Origin: a virus
Taxonomy: Duplodnaviria > Caudoviricetes
Strand: one strand, 5' to 3'
DNA: 59,724 nucleotides
Virus record (IMG/VR): IMGVR_UViG_3300014913_000014
Span: 1 to 59,724 of that record
A program made the translations under genes and the position numbers. Each line of letters opens with the position of its first letter. The first letter of the stretch is position 1. Below, piece by piece: positions 1 through 8,130 of this stretch. The notes under the pieces were generated by a model, which had not been told where the DNA came from, searched no databases, and was given only the letters and a program-made list of their open reading frames with translations.

Positions 1-123
1 ACGTAGCAGGACTCCCAGAACGTAGCAGGATTCCCGGGACGTAGCAGGACTCCCAGAACGTAGCAGGATTCCCGGGACGTAGCAGGACTCCCAGAACGTA
101 GCAGGATTCCCGGGACGTAGCAG
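1..123. repeat. 19-bp tandem repeat, alternating variants ACGTAGCAGGACTCCCAGA / ACGTAGCAGGATTCCCGGG (6 full units plus a partial unit; may extend left of the window)
   Basis: Directly visible: three exact 38-bp super-units (1-114), then ACGTAGCAG (115-123); no spacers. Confidence 0.97.
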
Positions 124-137
124 ATTCGCCCAAGGTG

Positions 138-153
138 ATACCATGCATGGTAT
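138..153. promoter_or_regulatory. Perfect 16-bp palindrome ATACCATGCATGGTAT, putative protein-binding site
   Basis: Sequence is its own reverse complement; lies between the tandem repeats and the promoter at 184. Confidence 0.55.
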
Positions 154-183
154 AGGTTGCCATTCTGGTATTAAAGGAAGCAT

Positions 184-212
184 TTGACTCTCATACCGAA
201 GGATGATATACT
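184..212 (+). promoter_or_regulatory. Sigma70-type promoter TTGACT-17-TATACT with extended -10 TG
   Basis: Near-consensus hexamers with 17-bp spacing, upstream of SD AAAGGAGG and ATG at 250. Confidence 0.8.
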
Positions 213-249
213 TGAGTCAAGGTCGGAATTCAGATAAAGGAGGTCAGAA

Positions 250-366
250 ATGGGAATAGATTTCGCCACTGCAATTCGGAGCCAGATTGTCCAAATTGGC
301 TGGCCGGTCTTGATAATTCTGATCGGTTTGGTCATATATCTAGTCAGGAGAGATTACCGTGTTTAA
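250..366 (+). CDS. 38-aa single-transmembrane peptide MGIDFATAIRSQIVQIGWPVLIILIGLVIYLVRRDYRV (below ORF-track cutoff)
   Basis: Strong SD AAAGGAGG at 236-243; hydrophobic core with basic C-terminus; stop overlaps the start of the next ORF. Confidence 0.75.
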   Translation: MGIDFATAIRSQIVQIGWPVLIILIGLVIYLVRRDYRV

Positions 367-976
367 GAAATTGGACGGAAATAGTCTGATTTCGCTCATG
401 TTTCGAGTCGTGAGCATGATTCGAATCAAGCGGAATCCGGTTACGTCCCGACCGTTGATCACGAATATTTGGACCCAGTTACTCGCAAATCGTATTTTGA
501 CGATTCGCGCGGAATGGAAGCAAAACGGAGTAAAGGAGCCTATTCGGATAGAATTAGACAACTTTGCTCCGACTCGTGACCCAAAAACTGGAGTATATGA
601 TCGAAATTTGACCGAAGATATCCGAAAACACTACCAAATGGGACTACCAGACTCCGAATTAGCCGTTAGGGAATTCGGATACCTGTTGTCCTATTTCACC
701 GCCTGCTTTACCACTGGCAAGCTCCCGACTCCATCCAAACCGTCAGGACAATCTACAATTATGGCAAAGATTGTCCAAATTTGGCGAGAGGAAGCAGGAG
801 TCAATCCGAATTGGATCGAAATTGTCAGCAAATCCGGAGTCGTGAAAAGAGTTAATCGAAACGTGATTGACTCAATTCAGACCGTATTTGTCGCAAATTT
901 CGATGAAATTGTGGAGACATGGGATACCGGAGATTCTCGACAAAAAAACTCCGGAAATCGCATCGAATGGCTCTAA
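359..976 (+). CDS. Hypothetical protein, 205 aa
   Basis: GTG start with AGGAGA SD; lies between the promoter and terminator; no motif recognised. Confidence 0.75.
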   Translation: MFKKLDGNSLISLMFRVVSMIRIKRNPVTSRPLITNIWTQLLANRILTIRAEWKQNGVKEPIRIELDNFAPTRDPKTGVYDRNLTEDIRKHYQMGLPDSELAVREFGYLLSYFTACFTTGKLPTPSKPSGQSTIMAKIVQIWREEAGVNPNWIEIVSKSGVVKRVNRNVIDSIQTVFVANFDEIVETWDTGDSRQKNSGNRIEWL

Positions 977-1014
977 GCTGACCTAGTTACTCCAAAATCT
1001 GAATTCCGACCGAA

Positions 1015-1058
1015 AGACTCCAGATTGTGCCAACACGGGCAATCTGGAGTTTATTTGT
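1015..1058 (+). terminator. Intrinsic terminator AGACTCCAGATTG-loop-CAATCTGGAGTTT followed by a T-rich tail
   Basis: 13-bp stem followed by ATTTGT, just downstream of the ORF. Confidence 0.7.
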
Positions 1059-1328
1059 CAACAATCCCCCGCCATTTCCGACAAAATTGATCCGAATTCG
1101 GTGGCCTGGCCGCCCTGTATACCCCAACGACGTCAAAAAAAATTTCGAAAATATTAACGGTCTGTACGCTGGTGAATATCCTCGACAAGGTCATTCAATT
1201 CGTGCCAGCTGTCGAAAAGCCTTTGTATTAGATCACCAACATTATTTTCATCTGCAAAAACAGGAATAATTTCGGGGCAATCCGGACCGTTGAGTAGATC
1301 AATTATATCCTGCAGCGTCCATTTCATT

Positions 1329-1544
1329 TTATTTCACCAGATAGTTTTCTATTGGAATCCAAGTATTATTAACTTTTACACGACAATTGACAAGTGAAAA
1401 AATCCGATAATAATGTTCTACTTGTAACATGTCTGCTTTCGTAGCGCATTTTATTTGGTCTAGAACAACAACAATTGAAAGCAAGAGTACAATTATAAGT
1501 AAAATTCCCAATATGGGGGCCAAATCTCCCCACAGGCTTCTCAT
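1329..1544 (-). CDS. Small membrane-anchored hypothetical protein
   Basis: N-terminal hydrophobic helix; ATGA overlap with upstream gene. Confidence 0.7.
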   Translation of the reverse strand: MRSLWGDLAPILGILLIIVLLLSIVVVLDQIKCATKADMLQVEHYYRIFSLVNCRVKVNNTWIPIENYLVK

Positions 1545-1726
1545 TTCTGCTCCCTTTCATAACTTTTCAGCGTGTTTAAAATCATTTGAATATCCTCTTG
1601 ACTCAACGTAATCGTGCAATTGTTGCGATTGAGAGTCAAAAAAGTTCCTTTACTCGTTGTAAACGCATCGGCGGTAAGTCCGTTTGGTGTAACGATCTCC
1701 CACAACGTTCGAATTCTCTCTTCCAT
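1541..1726 (-). CDS. Hypothetical protein
   Basis: SD GGAG; coupled to the downstream gene. Confidence 0.6.
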   Translation of the reverse strand: MEERIRTLWEIVTPNGLTADAFTTSKGTFLTLNRNNCTITLSQEDIQMILNTLKSYEREQK

Positions 1727-1997
1727 GAAATTTCTCCAATTCTTTTTCTAATAGACGCAGTGCGTCATCCAAATCTTCGGCTGTAACAACAATATTTCCA
1801 TATCTATCGCCGGTTTTTATTCGATAGCCTGCTGACCAATTTTCATAATTGTGGTATGGGCGCGTATTGAAGAATTCAAAACCGCCAAACATTTCAATGG
1901 TCACTATAATCTCATCATTTTTCCACATTTGTGTGGGAAATAGCCGGCGAAGTTTTCTATCAATACAGGTAAGTTGGTCCCACTTTTTATTTGGCAT
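1650..1997 (-). CDS. Hypothetical protein
   Basis: SD AAGGAG upstream; 115 aa. Confidence 0.65.
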   Translation of the reverse strand: MPNKKWDQLTCIDRKLRRLFPTQMWKNDEIIVTIEMFGGFEFFNTRPYHNYENWSAGYRIKTGDRYGNIVVTAEDLDDALRLLEKELEKFHGRENSNVVGDRYTKRTYRRCVYNE

Positions 1998-2062
1998 TCG
2001 ATAACTCCTTGTTTATTTTGGGTAGATTTTTAAACCCTTGTTTTTCCTTCGGCGGCCATCAC

Positions 2063-2584
2063 TCATTCTGGTTCACTTTCAAACATATCATATCTAGTTT
2101 TAGTGTACCATTTTTTATAGCCCTCAACCCAGGTTTCTGAACCCTCAGCAGAAGGTTTCAAATTATGTGGTCCAAAAGCATGGGGCAACAAGCCGGATAA
2201 ATTATGATAAACTATGTTATCTTGAGCATCAAAACTGATAATAGTCATGTTTGGATTGAGTTCATACTCCACCTGTCTACAGGCACCACAACTCGTACCG
2301 CCATCTTCGGTGACAATAACCATATATTGAATATCTTTAAAGCCAGCAGCTATTGCATTGTAAATAGCCACTCTTTCGGCACACATGGTCAATCCATAGC
2401 TTGCATTTTCCACATTGCAGCCACCAAAATAAAGCGCCGTACCAAATTCTGGATGAATGGCAACGGCACAAGCACCTACTTTATAATTTGAATATGGAGC
2501 ATACGCTCTTTCTCTGAGTATCTTAGCGAGCGCGATGGCAGTGTGAATTACACTTGCTCTATGATCTTCTGTATATTTTTCCAT
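2063..2584 (-). CDS. cdd: Cytidine deaminase (homotetrameric type)
   Basis: AYAPYSNYKVGA, GCNVENASYGLTMCAERVAI and CGACRQV zinc-site motifs. Confidence 0.93.
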   Translation of the reverse strand: MEKYTEDHRASVIHTAIALAKILRERAYAPYSNYKVGACAVAIHPEFGTALYFGGCNVENASYGLTMCAERVAIYNAIAAGFKDIQYMVIVTEDGGTSCGACRQVEYELNPNMTIISFDAQDNIVYHNLSGLLPHAFGPHNLKPSAEGSETWVEGYKKWYTKTRYDMFESEPE

Positions 2585-2739
2585 GCCTTTTTAGCCCTTT
2601 CCCCTTGAAAATCAAAAGTGGTTTCTTCCGTATAAATTCTCAAGAATGTATGATCTAGCAACTCAGATATTACTATTTCTACTGCTTTGATCGCATCTAC
2701 TTTCAAGTAGAATCCACTTCCTAGATTAACAAATTTCAT
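2548..2739 (-). CDS. Hypothetical protein
   Basis: SD AGGAGAGGG; operon position. Confidence 0.65.
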   Translation of the reverse strand: MKFVNLGSGFYLKVDAIKAVEIVISELLDHTFLRIYTEETTFDFQGERAKKAWKNIQKIIEQV

Positions 2740-2753
2740 TTCCCTCTCCTAAG

Positions 2754-2873
2754 TCATTTCAAAACAAATATAGCTGTACAGGCACCGAGTATGAAACCAC
2801 ATATGCCTACTATTACAAGTAGTACCAAATAATAGAATTGGGGCGTTGCACATCCGTATTTGTTTTCGTCCAT
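2754..2873 (-). CDS. 39-aa single-transmembrane peptide MDENKYGCATPQFYYLVLLVIVGICGFILGACTAIFVLK (below ORF-track cutoff)
   Basis: SD AAGGAGG directly after the promoter at 2919-2891. Confidence 0.7.
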   Translation of the reverse strand: MDENKYGCATPQFYYLVLLVIVGICGFILGACTAIFVLK

Positions 2874-2890
2874 TCCGCCTCCTTGACAAT

Positions 2891-2919
2891 ATTATACCAT
2901 ACTTTTGAACTATTGTCAA
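2891..2919 (-). promoter_or_regulatory. Consensus sigma70 promoter TTGACA-17-TATAAT (extended -10) inside a 10-bp inverted repeat CTTGACAATA/TATTGTCAAG (2882-2920)
   Basis: Perfect hexamers and spacing. Confidence 0.85.
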
Positions 2920-3018
2920 GTATCGTATAGCAAACATCACAGATCAAGCAATAAGCCACTTGATGCTCACATCGACCATATTTGTGTGAATATTTACCTA
3001 TTTCACGCCTTCTAAATG

Positions 3019-3393
3019 TTATGGGATTAGCGGCGGCAATCCAAACCAGTCTATAAACTTTGGAAATAGTCCATATTCCCAAAGAACTTCTAACGATAAA
3101 AAGGTTAGAATTAGAGCTCCAAATATAATTACCACCGTTTTTCTTGGACTAGAGTGCAGCAAGCTTAGCAATGATGGATGTCTCTGTGATTTGGCTGCCG
3201 CCGCCTCGACTTTTTTTAGCCGACCATTTATTGCTTTGACCTCATTATGTGTATCTAATGCAATAATTAATGACATCTTCTTGAAAAGTTTATCTGATAA
3301 TTCTTCTCCATTTTCTAATGATTCATGCAACTCTTCTATTAAAATTTTAGTCATATCGCTTTCTTTTAATTGTTTTATATTATTCTCTTCCAT
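3019..3393 (-). CDS. Putative holin/XhlA-like lysis membrane protein
   Basis: Coiled-coil N-terminus, C-terminal transmembrane helix, directly after the endolysin. Confidence 0.5.
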   Translation of the reverse strand: MEENNIKQLKESDMTKILIEELHESLENGEELSDKLFKKMSLIIALDTHNEVKAINGRLKKVEAAAAKSQRHPSLLSLLHSSPRKTVVIIFGALILTFLSLEVLWEYGLFPKFIDWFGLPPLIP

Positions 3394-3396
3394 AAT

Positions 3397-4176
3397 TTAT
3401 CCTAGAGCATTTTCCAACTCTTTATGTAAAAGAATGGCCACTTTTTTTGAAATTTCTATGGTATCTGTAGAAGGGGGTTCTGGTAATTCTAATATACCAG
3501 CATACTTATATAAATCATCCTTTGTGCCATTGAAATAATTCAAGTCAATAGAATCACTTCCTACGCCATATTTAGAGCCAAGATTATTACCATCTGCTGA
3601 ATACTGCCACAATTTCCATGTATTCCAACCTGCTGGTTTAAACTTTCCATCACTCCAAGGCCCTGTCAAATCTGGCTCAAGATTCGAATTCAAAGGTCTA
3701 TAGCGAGCACACCATAAATCATAATTACTTGCCCAATTTAGATTTCCTATCGCCAGATTCCAGAAAGAAGCTCGTGTATAAATAAGCGGTTTTTTACCAG
3801 TTTCTGCTTGCAAAGTATCTAGAAAAATTTTCAGCCTTGGAACTAGAATACTTGCTGGAATATTGTTTGAAGTTTCTACATCAGCTATTGGAGGCAGGTT
3901 CCATTTCTTATACTTGATTAAATTAGCAAAAAATTCTGCTTGTGTGCGAGGGTCTTGATTAGCTCGCCAGAACCAATAAAAACCTAAAACATCAAAATGC
4001 TCTGCACATTTGTCAGAGTTTATCTCAAATTTATAGTCTGCGTATGGTATGCCAGTAATATAATTTATACTGCCTGCCCTTATTATAACACCATTTAGGT
4101 CTTGATTGCTAAATTTCACAAAGTTAATGTCTTTTTGCCAATGTGAAATATCGGCTAATTTTGCATAGTTAAACAT
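3397..4176 (-). CDS. Endolysin, GH25 muramidase
   Basis: DISHWQ, IIRAG, GFYWF, PIADVE (DxE), PLIYT, LWCARY, WQYS and DLNYF motifs. Confidence 0.9.
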   Translation of the reverse strand: MFNYAKLADISHWQKDINFVKFSNQDLNGVIIRAGSINYITGIPYADYKFEINSDKCAEHFDVLGFYWFWRANQDPRTQAEFFANLIKYKKWNLPPIADVETSNNIPASILVPRLKIFLDTLQAETGKKPLIYTRASFWNLAIGNLNWASNYDLWCARYRPLNSNLEPDLTGPWSDGKFKPAGWNTWKLWQYSADGNNLGSKYGVGSDSIDLNYFNGTKDDLYKYAGILELPEPPSTDTIEISKKVAILLHKELENALG

Positions 4177-4187
4177 TTTATCTCCTT

Positions 4188-5246
4188 TTAGGCTCTCCAG
4201 AACTTCACTCTATCTCCATAAAGCATGTCATCAACGCCGTCATTGGTAGAAAATCTAAAGAATTTAAAGTGAAATAGATTAGAATTATTTGTGGTATTCT
4301 TTCTCTGACCCAGTCCTATGCCATCAACCGCCCATTTTCTTGTAACGTTATCTACATCCATCCAGTGATACCCATCAATAGAATAGCCAAAATACCATGT
4401 AGTTCCAGATTGACGTAATCTCAAAAAGTAGCCAGGTTCATAGCCGCCTGGTCCAGTAGTTCTATTAGACAAAGTACTATTCCAACTATTATATTGATTT
4501 AACCATGCTGCCCTAAGACCAACAGAGCCCCCTCTATAAATTCCCCAAATAACAGCATCTGATGTACTTAGATTTGCTGTGTCTTCTAAAATAAGCAGTC
4601 CCCCAATATCATCGCCAGTTGAAGCATTTAATGCGCCTACATATGTATAAATTACAAAATCTTGATCTGTTATATCTATAAAGATGCCTTGCCCGTCATT
4701 TACAGTTCCACCAGTAAAATATAGCCCGTGCTCAGCTTCATTTACAGTGAGAGTGCTAGAAACATCCCACTCTGTCCATAAGCTCGTGTCAAAAGAGGCA
4801 TCATCAAACTCATCATCATATGAACTTGGAGACGCTGGTGGGGCCTCTGGCATCCAAATTGTAAAATCGCTCTCGCCTGGACCGCCTCCACCTCCTCCAC
4901 TTATAGTAATATCTGCTGTATTTTCACCACCACCACTAACAGTAGCGCCAATGAAATTTAATGTTGTAGCTCCTTGTACCTTTAGAGTACCAGATTCTTT
5001 TACATTAATTCCACTACTGGTGGTTTCAGTAAACTCTAATGCATCTCCTGCAGTATTAACTCTAACAAATTTTGAGGCGTTTCCAGAATATGAACTAGGA
5101 GTATCTGTCAAGTCTAAAAATGTAACAGACCCTTGAGTTATACCAGATGCTATAATATTTCCAGCAGAAGTAACAGTTAATACATATCCAGCTGTCTGCC
5201 CCTCTGCTCCAATATCTGCAATTGTAATTCTTGTTCTATTTTCCAT
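4188..5246 (-). CDS. Tail fibre/receptor-binding protein with lectin-like C-terminal domain
   Basis: Fibre repeat FLDLTDTPSSYSG, Gly-rich linker, beta-rich C-terminus; end of tail module. Confidence 0.7.
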   Translation of the reverse strand: MENRTRITIADIGAEGQTAGYVLTVTSAGNIIASGITQGSVTFLDLTDTPSSYSGNASKFVRVNTAGDALEFTETTSSGINVKESGTLKVQGATTLNFIGATVSGGGENTADITISGGGGGGPGESDFTIWMPEAPPASPSSYDDEFDDASFDTSLWTEWDVSSTLTVNEAEHGLYFTGGTVNDGQGIFIDITDQDFVIYTYVGALNASTGDDIGGLLILEDTANLSTSDAVIWGIYRGGSVGLRAAWLNQYNSWNSTLSNRTTGPGGYEPGYFLRLRQSGTTWYFGYSIDGYHWMDVDNVTRKWAVDGIGLGQRKNTTNNSNLFHFKFFRFSTNDGVDDMLYGDRVKFWRA

Positions 5247-5247
5247 T

Positions 5248-7479
5248 TTAGCTGCCTATTTTTGTAATTTCTACATATGTATTCTGTCCTTCTGGACCTT
5301 GTCCATCAAGATTTACTGCGGTACCACTATTCTGCCAAACCGTTACTTCTATGTAATCATCGGCATTAAAATAATTCATTGTTGAGACACTTTGTGAAAA
5401 GTCCGTACCGCTCTTTGTTGGAGTTCTAGAGTATGCAATCGTAGTTGTTGCATTTTTTAGAATCAAAAGCCGGCGCTCCCCAGAAGAATTAGAAAACCAC
5501 CTAATCATAGAGTTTATATGATAATACCCATCTTCAGGAATTACTATCCTTGTAGGATTTGGACTAGATGCCCAAAAATCATCAGTATCAAACTTTTCAG
5601 AATCCCAGGAAATATAAGTATATGTACTATTTGGAATAGATGGATCGCTCGTTAGAATAATTCTGGCACCAATAAATTCTAATTCTACTGGAATTTGAAG
5701 TTTTTGCCACTCGATAAAAGTATTTGCAACGCCCGATAAACAATAATATTGTCCACCGCCGCCGTTTACAGTTTTAATAGCATATTCTTGATCTTTTGTA
5801 AACTCTTGAAGAGTTTCTATAGAAAGGGTTCTAACACCAGATGTAGTCCAATACCCCGATTTATATATAATCCATGGAGTATACCCTTGAAAAAGTCCAA
5901 CTTCAAAGGAATTAGATGATGGTAAATTTCCACTAACAGTTACTTGAGCATGAAATCTATAATATCCGGTTTCTGGAACTTTGAAAACATGATATCCATC
6001 ATAATAATAAGTTCCATCATCAACTGTATCAAAATCCTTATTATAGCTTTGCTGATTTCCATTATGCAGGTCATTCCAACCTGTTCCAGAGTGAGAACTA
6101 TTAGCATTCAAGTGCCAACGAGCCCCCTCAAATGGATTATCTGTAACAACAGTTACTGTAACGGCAGTTCCAGACGCGGTCGCTGTAACGCTGTTTCCTT
6201 TGAAATTTAATGATGTTATTCCACTAGCAATTGGTACATCTTCATCATAAGCATCAATAGCATTTCCGCCATTACCCGAACCAGTTCCACCACTAATTGT
6301 AACTTTTCCATTGCCCTCATCGGTTACAACTACCCCCTCAAAATTTAATATACTAACATTTTGTGCTACAGTTGAATCATTATCTTGAACTTCGAGAGAT
6401 AAAGCTAGAATATTTTCTGAGGGCACGTCTGTGTAGTATTCAACAACTAATTCGTCGCCTGAAACTGGAGAGAATAATGTATGAAATCCTCCTGAAGTAG
6501 TCGTATAGTTGTTAGGTTGTTGTGTCAAACCATTATAGTGAACAACAAGAGAACCGCTAGCAGGTGCTGCAGCAAGAGTAAAGTTATCGCCCGCTGCTGG
6601 AATTTGTGATGTTACGTCTTCTAAAATATATGTATATGGACTTCCACCACCGCTGCCACCCGAAATCAAAATAGTTGCCTTTCCACTACCTTCGTCTGTA
6701 ACAGAAACGCCGCCCTCGAAATTCAAAATTGTTGCACTAGAAACTTTGGGAGTGTCATCTTCTTGTATCTCGATCTCACCGCCCACAGTGCCAGGCGCAT
6801 AAATTGTACCATCAAATACCAATGCTTGACCAGATGCTGGAGCTATGCCAGAAATATCGTCTCCACGAATTTTTACAGCGTCGTGGCTAAGATCAGTAAT
6901 TTCTGATTCTGTATGAGTATGACCTTCTGCCGCAAGTCCTGATGCTGCTATTTCAAGGTCTTCATTACCCCCATCATTCAAGACCGAAATCACTATATTG
7001 GTTCCAGCTGTGATTTTATCCTCTAGATAACCAGCTGTAGTATCATTTACTGATACTTTTACTTGTTTAGTATCAGTTTCGCCTCCTCCACCACCAGAAG
7101 CAGTTCCTGGTGCATAGGCATTTCCATCAAATACTAACACTTGACCTGATACAGATGGTGGCCAGCCCACAACATCAATTCCTCTAATAGCAACAGCATC
7201 ATGAGGGGCATTTTCTACATTTTTAATTCTATAGCGGATTCTGTTTAAATTATCAACTAAAGAAATACCACTTGATGGGGGGTCCCATGTCTCTGCCTCT
7301 GTTGTATCATAAGTAACTTTACTCTGAATTAATTGACCAGTAAAACCACCAAGAGGTATGCCGCTACCACCATATTCTCCAGGCACACCGCCCAAGTTAA
7401 CACCAACAGTAAACCATTGATATTTATTCGCTCTAATTAGTTGAAGTATTTTATCTTCGAGATTTGTAATAATTGGCAT
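5248..7479 (-). CDS. Long tail fibre protein with internal repeats and two C1q/TNF-like C-terminal domains
   Basis: Repeats SGQxLVFDGxxYAPGT and xLNFEG; C1q-like FxVPETGYYRF and IVIPEDGYYHI...DYIEVTVWQ. Confidence 0.75.
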   Translation of the reverse strand: MPIITNLEDKILQLIRANKYQWFTVGVNLGGVPGEYGGSGIPLGGFTGQLIQSKVTYDTTEAETWDPPSSGISLVDNLNRIRYRIKNVENAPHDAVAIRGIDVVGWPPSVSGQVLVFDGNAYAPGTASGGGGGETDTKQVKVSVNDTTAGYLEDKITAGTNIVISVLNDGGNEDLEIAASGLAAEGHTHTESEITDLSHDAVKIRGDDISGIAPASGQALVFDGTIYAPGTVGGEIEIQEDDTPKVSSATILNFEGGVSVTDEGSGKATILISGGSGGGSPYTYILEDVTSQIPAAGDNFTLAAAPASGSLVVHYNGLTQQPNNYTTTSGGFHTLFSPVSGDELVVEYYTDVPSENILALSLEVQDNDSTVAQNVSILNFEGVVVTDEGNGKVTISGGTGSGNGGNAIDAYDEDVPIASGITSLNFKGNSVTATASGTAVTVTVVTDNPFEGARWHLNANSSHSGTGWNDLHNGNQQSYNKDFDTVDDGTYYYDGYHVFKVPETGYYRFHAQVTVSGNLPSSNSFEVGLFQGYTPWIIYKSGYWTTSGVRTLSIETLQEFTKDQEYAIKTVNGGGGQYYCLSGVANTFIEWQKLQIPVELEFIGARIILTSDPSIPNSTYTYISWDSEKFDTDDFWASSPNPTRIVIPEDGYYHINSMIRWFSNSSGERRLLILKNATTTIAYSRTPTKSGTDFSQSVSTMNYFNADDYIEVTVWQNSGTAVNLDGQGPEGQNTYVEITKIGS

Positions 7480-8127
7480 TTATAAATACCTCTGTGCTTC
7501 TAAATCAGTAAAAGTTATTCCAGAAGGAAGTAATGCAAGATAAGATGGTACTTGTGAGCCTTGAGCCATTCCGCTTACTACGTGTACTTCTATTACAACA
7601 ATTCCTGTGCTTTGATCTGGATACTGCTCGCTCGATGATACTAAGATTCTTGGTGATTCTGGGTAGTCTACTCCAATTACATCATTCATAAAATAACCGA
7701 TTCCAGAGGCACTGTCCCACCCAACTGGATACATTGGATAGCCCTCATAATAATGAATATTACCCTTTCCGCCTCCAGACATAGTTTTCATTTCAATATA
7801 AGCAGTTCCTAATTCCTCGCCCCACTCATTCAAATAATGCGCTATTTTAGCATTTTGTACATATGTTACTGGACCATTTACAGAATAAGATATACCATTT
7901 CCACCAGAATATTCTGCTATAGCATATACTCCTGAACCCATTATGAGCCTACATGTTTTATATGCCTGGCCCCCATATTTAGATAATGAAGAAGTATGTT
8001 CTCCAACAATATAATGAGAATAGGCATCTGCAAATAATGTCAAATCTGCACCATATACTATACCAGAATGAAGAATTCGGTGCGTATCCCACTGATTATT
8101 TGTATGAAATAATACAGTAATTCCCAT
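7480..8127 (-). CDS. Putative minor tail protein
   Basis: Position in tail module; Ser-Gly rich. Confidence 0.5.
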   Translation of the reverse strand: MGITVLFHTNNQWDTHRILHSGIVYGADLTLFADAYSHYIVGEHTSSLSKYGGQAYKTCRLIMGSGVYAIAEYSGGNGISYSVNGPVTYVQNAKIAHYLNEWGEELGTAYIEMKTMSGGGKGNIHYYEGYPMYPVGWDSASGIGYFMNDVIGVDYPESPRILVSSSEQYPDQSTGIVVIEVHVVSGMAQGSQVPSYLALLPSGITFTDLEAQRYL

Positions 8128-8130
8128 GAT

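Larger units (their letters stand above)
221..1011. repeat. Perfect 15-bp inverted repeat GGTCGGAATTCAGAT (221-235) / ATCTGAATTCCGACC (997-1011) enclosing two ORFs
   Basis: The two arms are exact reverse complements. Confidence 0.9.

Noticed and set aside
1-123. CRISPR array
   Set aside because: Repeats are contiguous with no unique spacers. The only Cas-like gene is a solo Cas4/RecB-type nuclease typical of phage recombination modules.
221-1011. Insertion sequence or MITE
   Set aside because: No target-site duplication and no transposase motifs in the enclosed ORFs.
1598-1639. TTGACTC...GAGTCAA inverted repeat similar to that at promoter 184
   Set aside because: Lies inside a CDS, has different spacing (42 bp) and no matching -10.
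2749-3082. ORF-track entries 2749..2940 and 2813..3082
   Set aside because: They span the promoter and lack an RBS; the 39-aa ORF at 2754-2873 with AAGGAGG is the better call.
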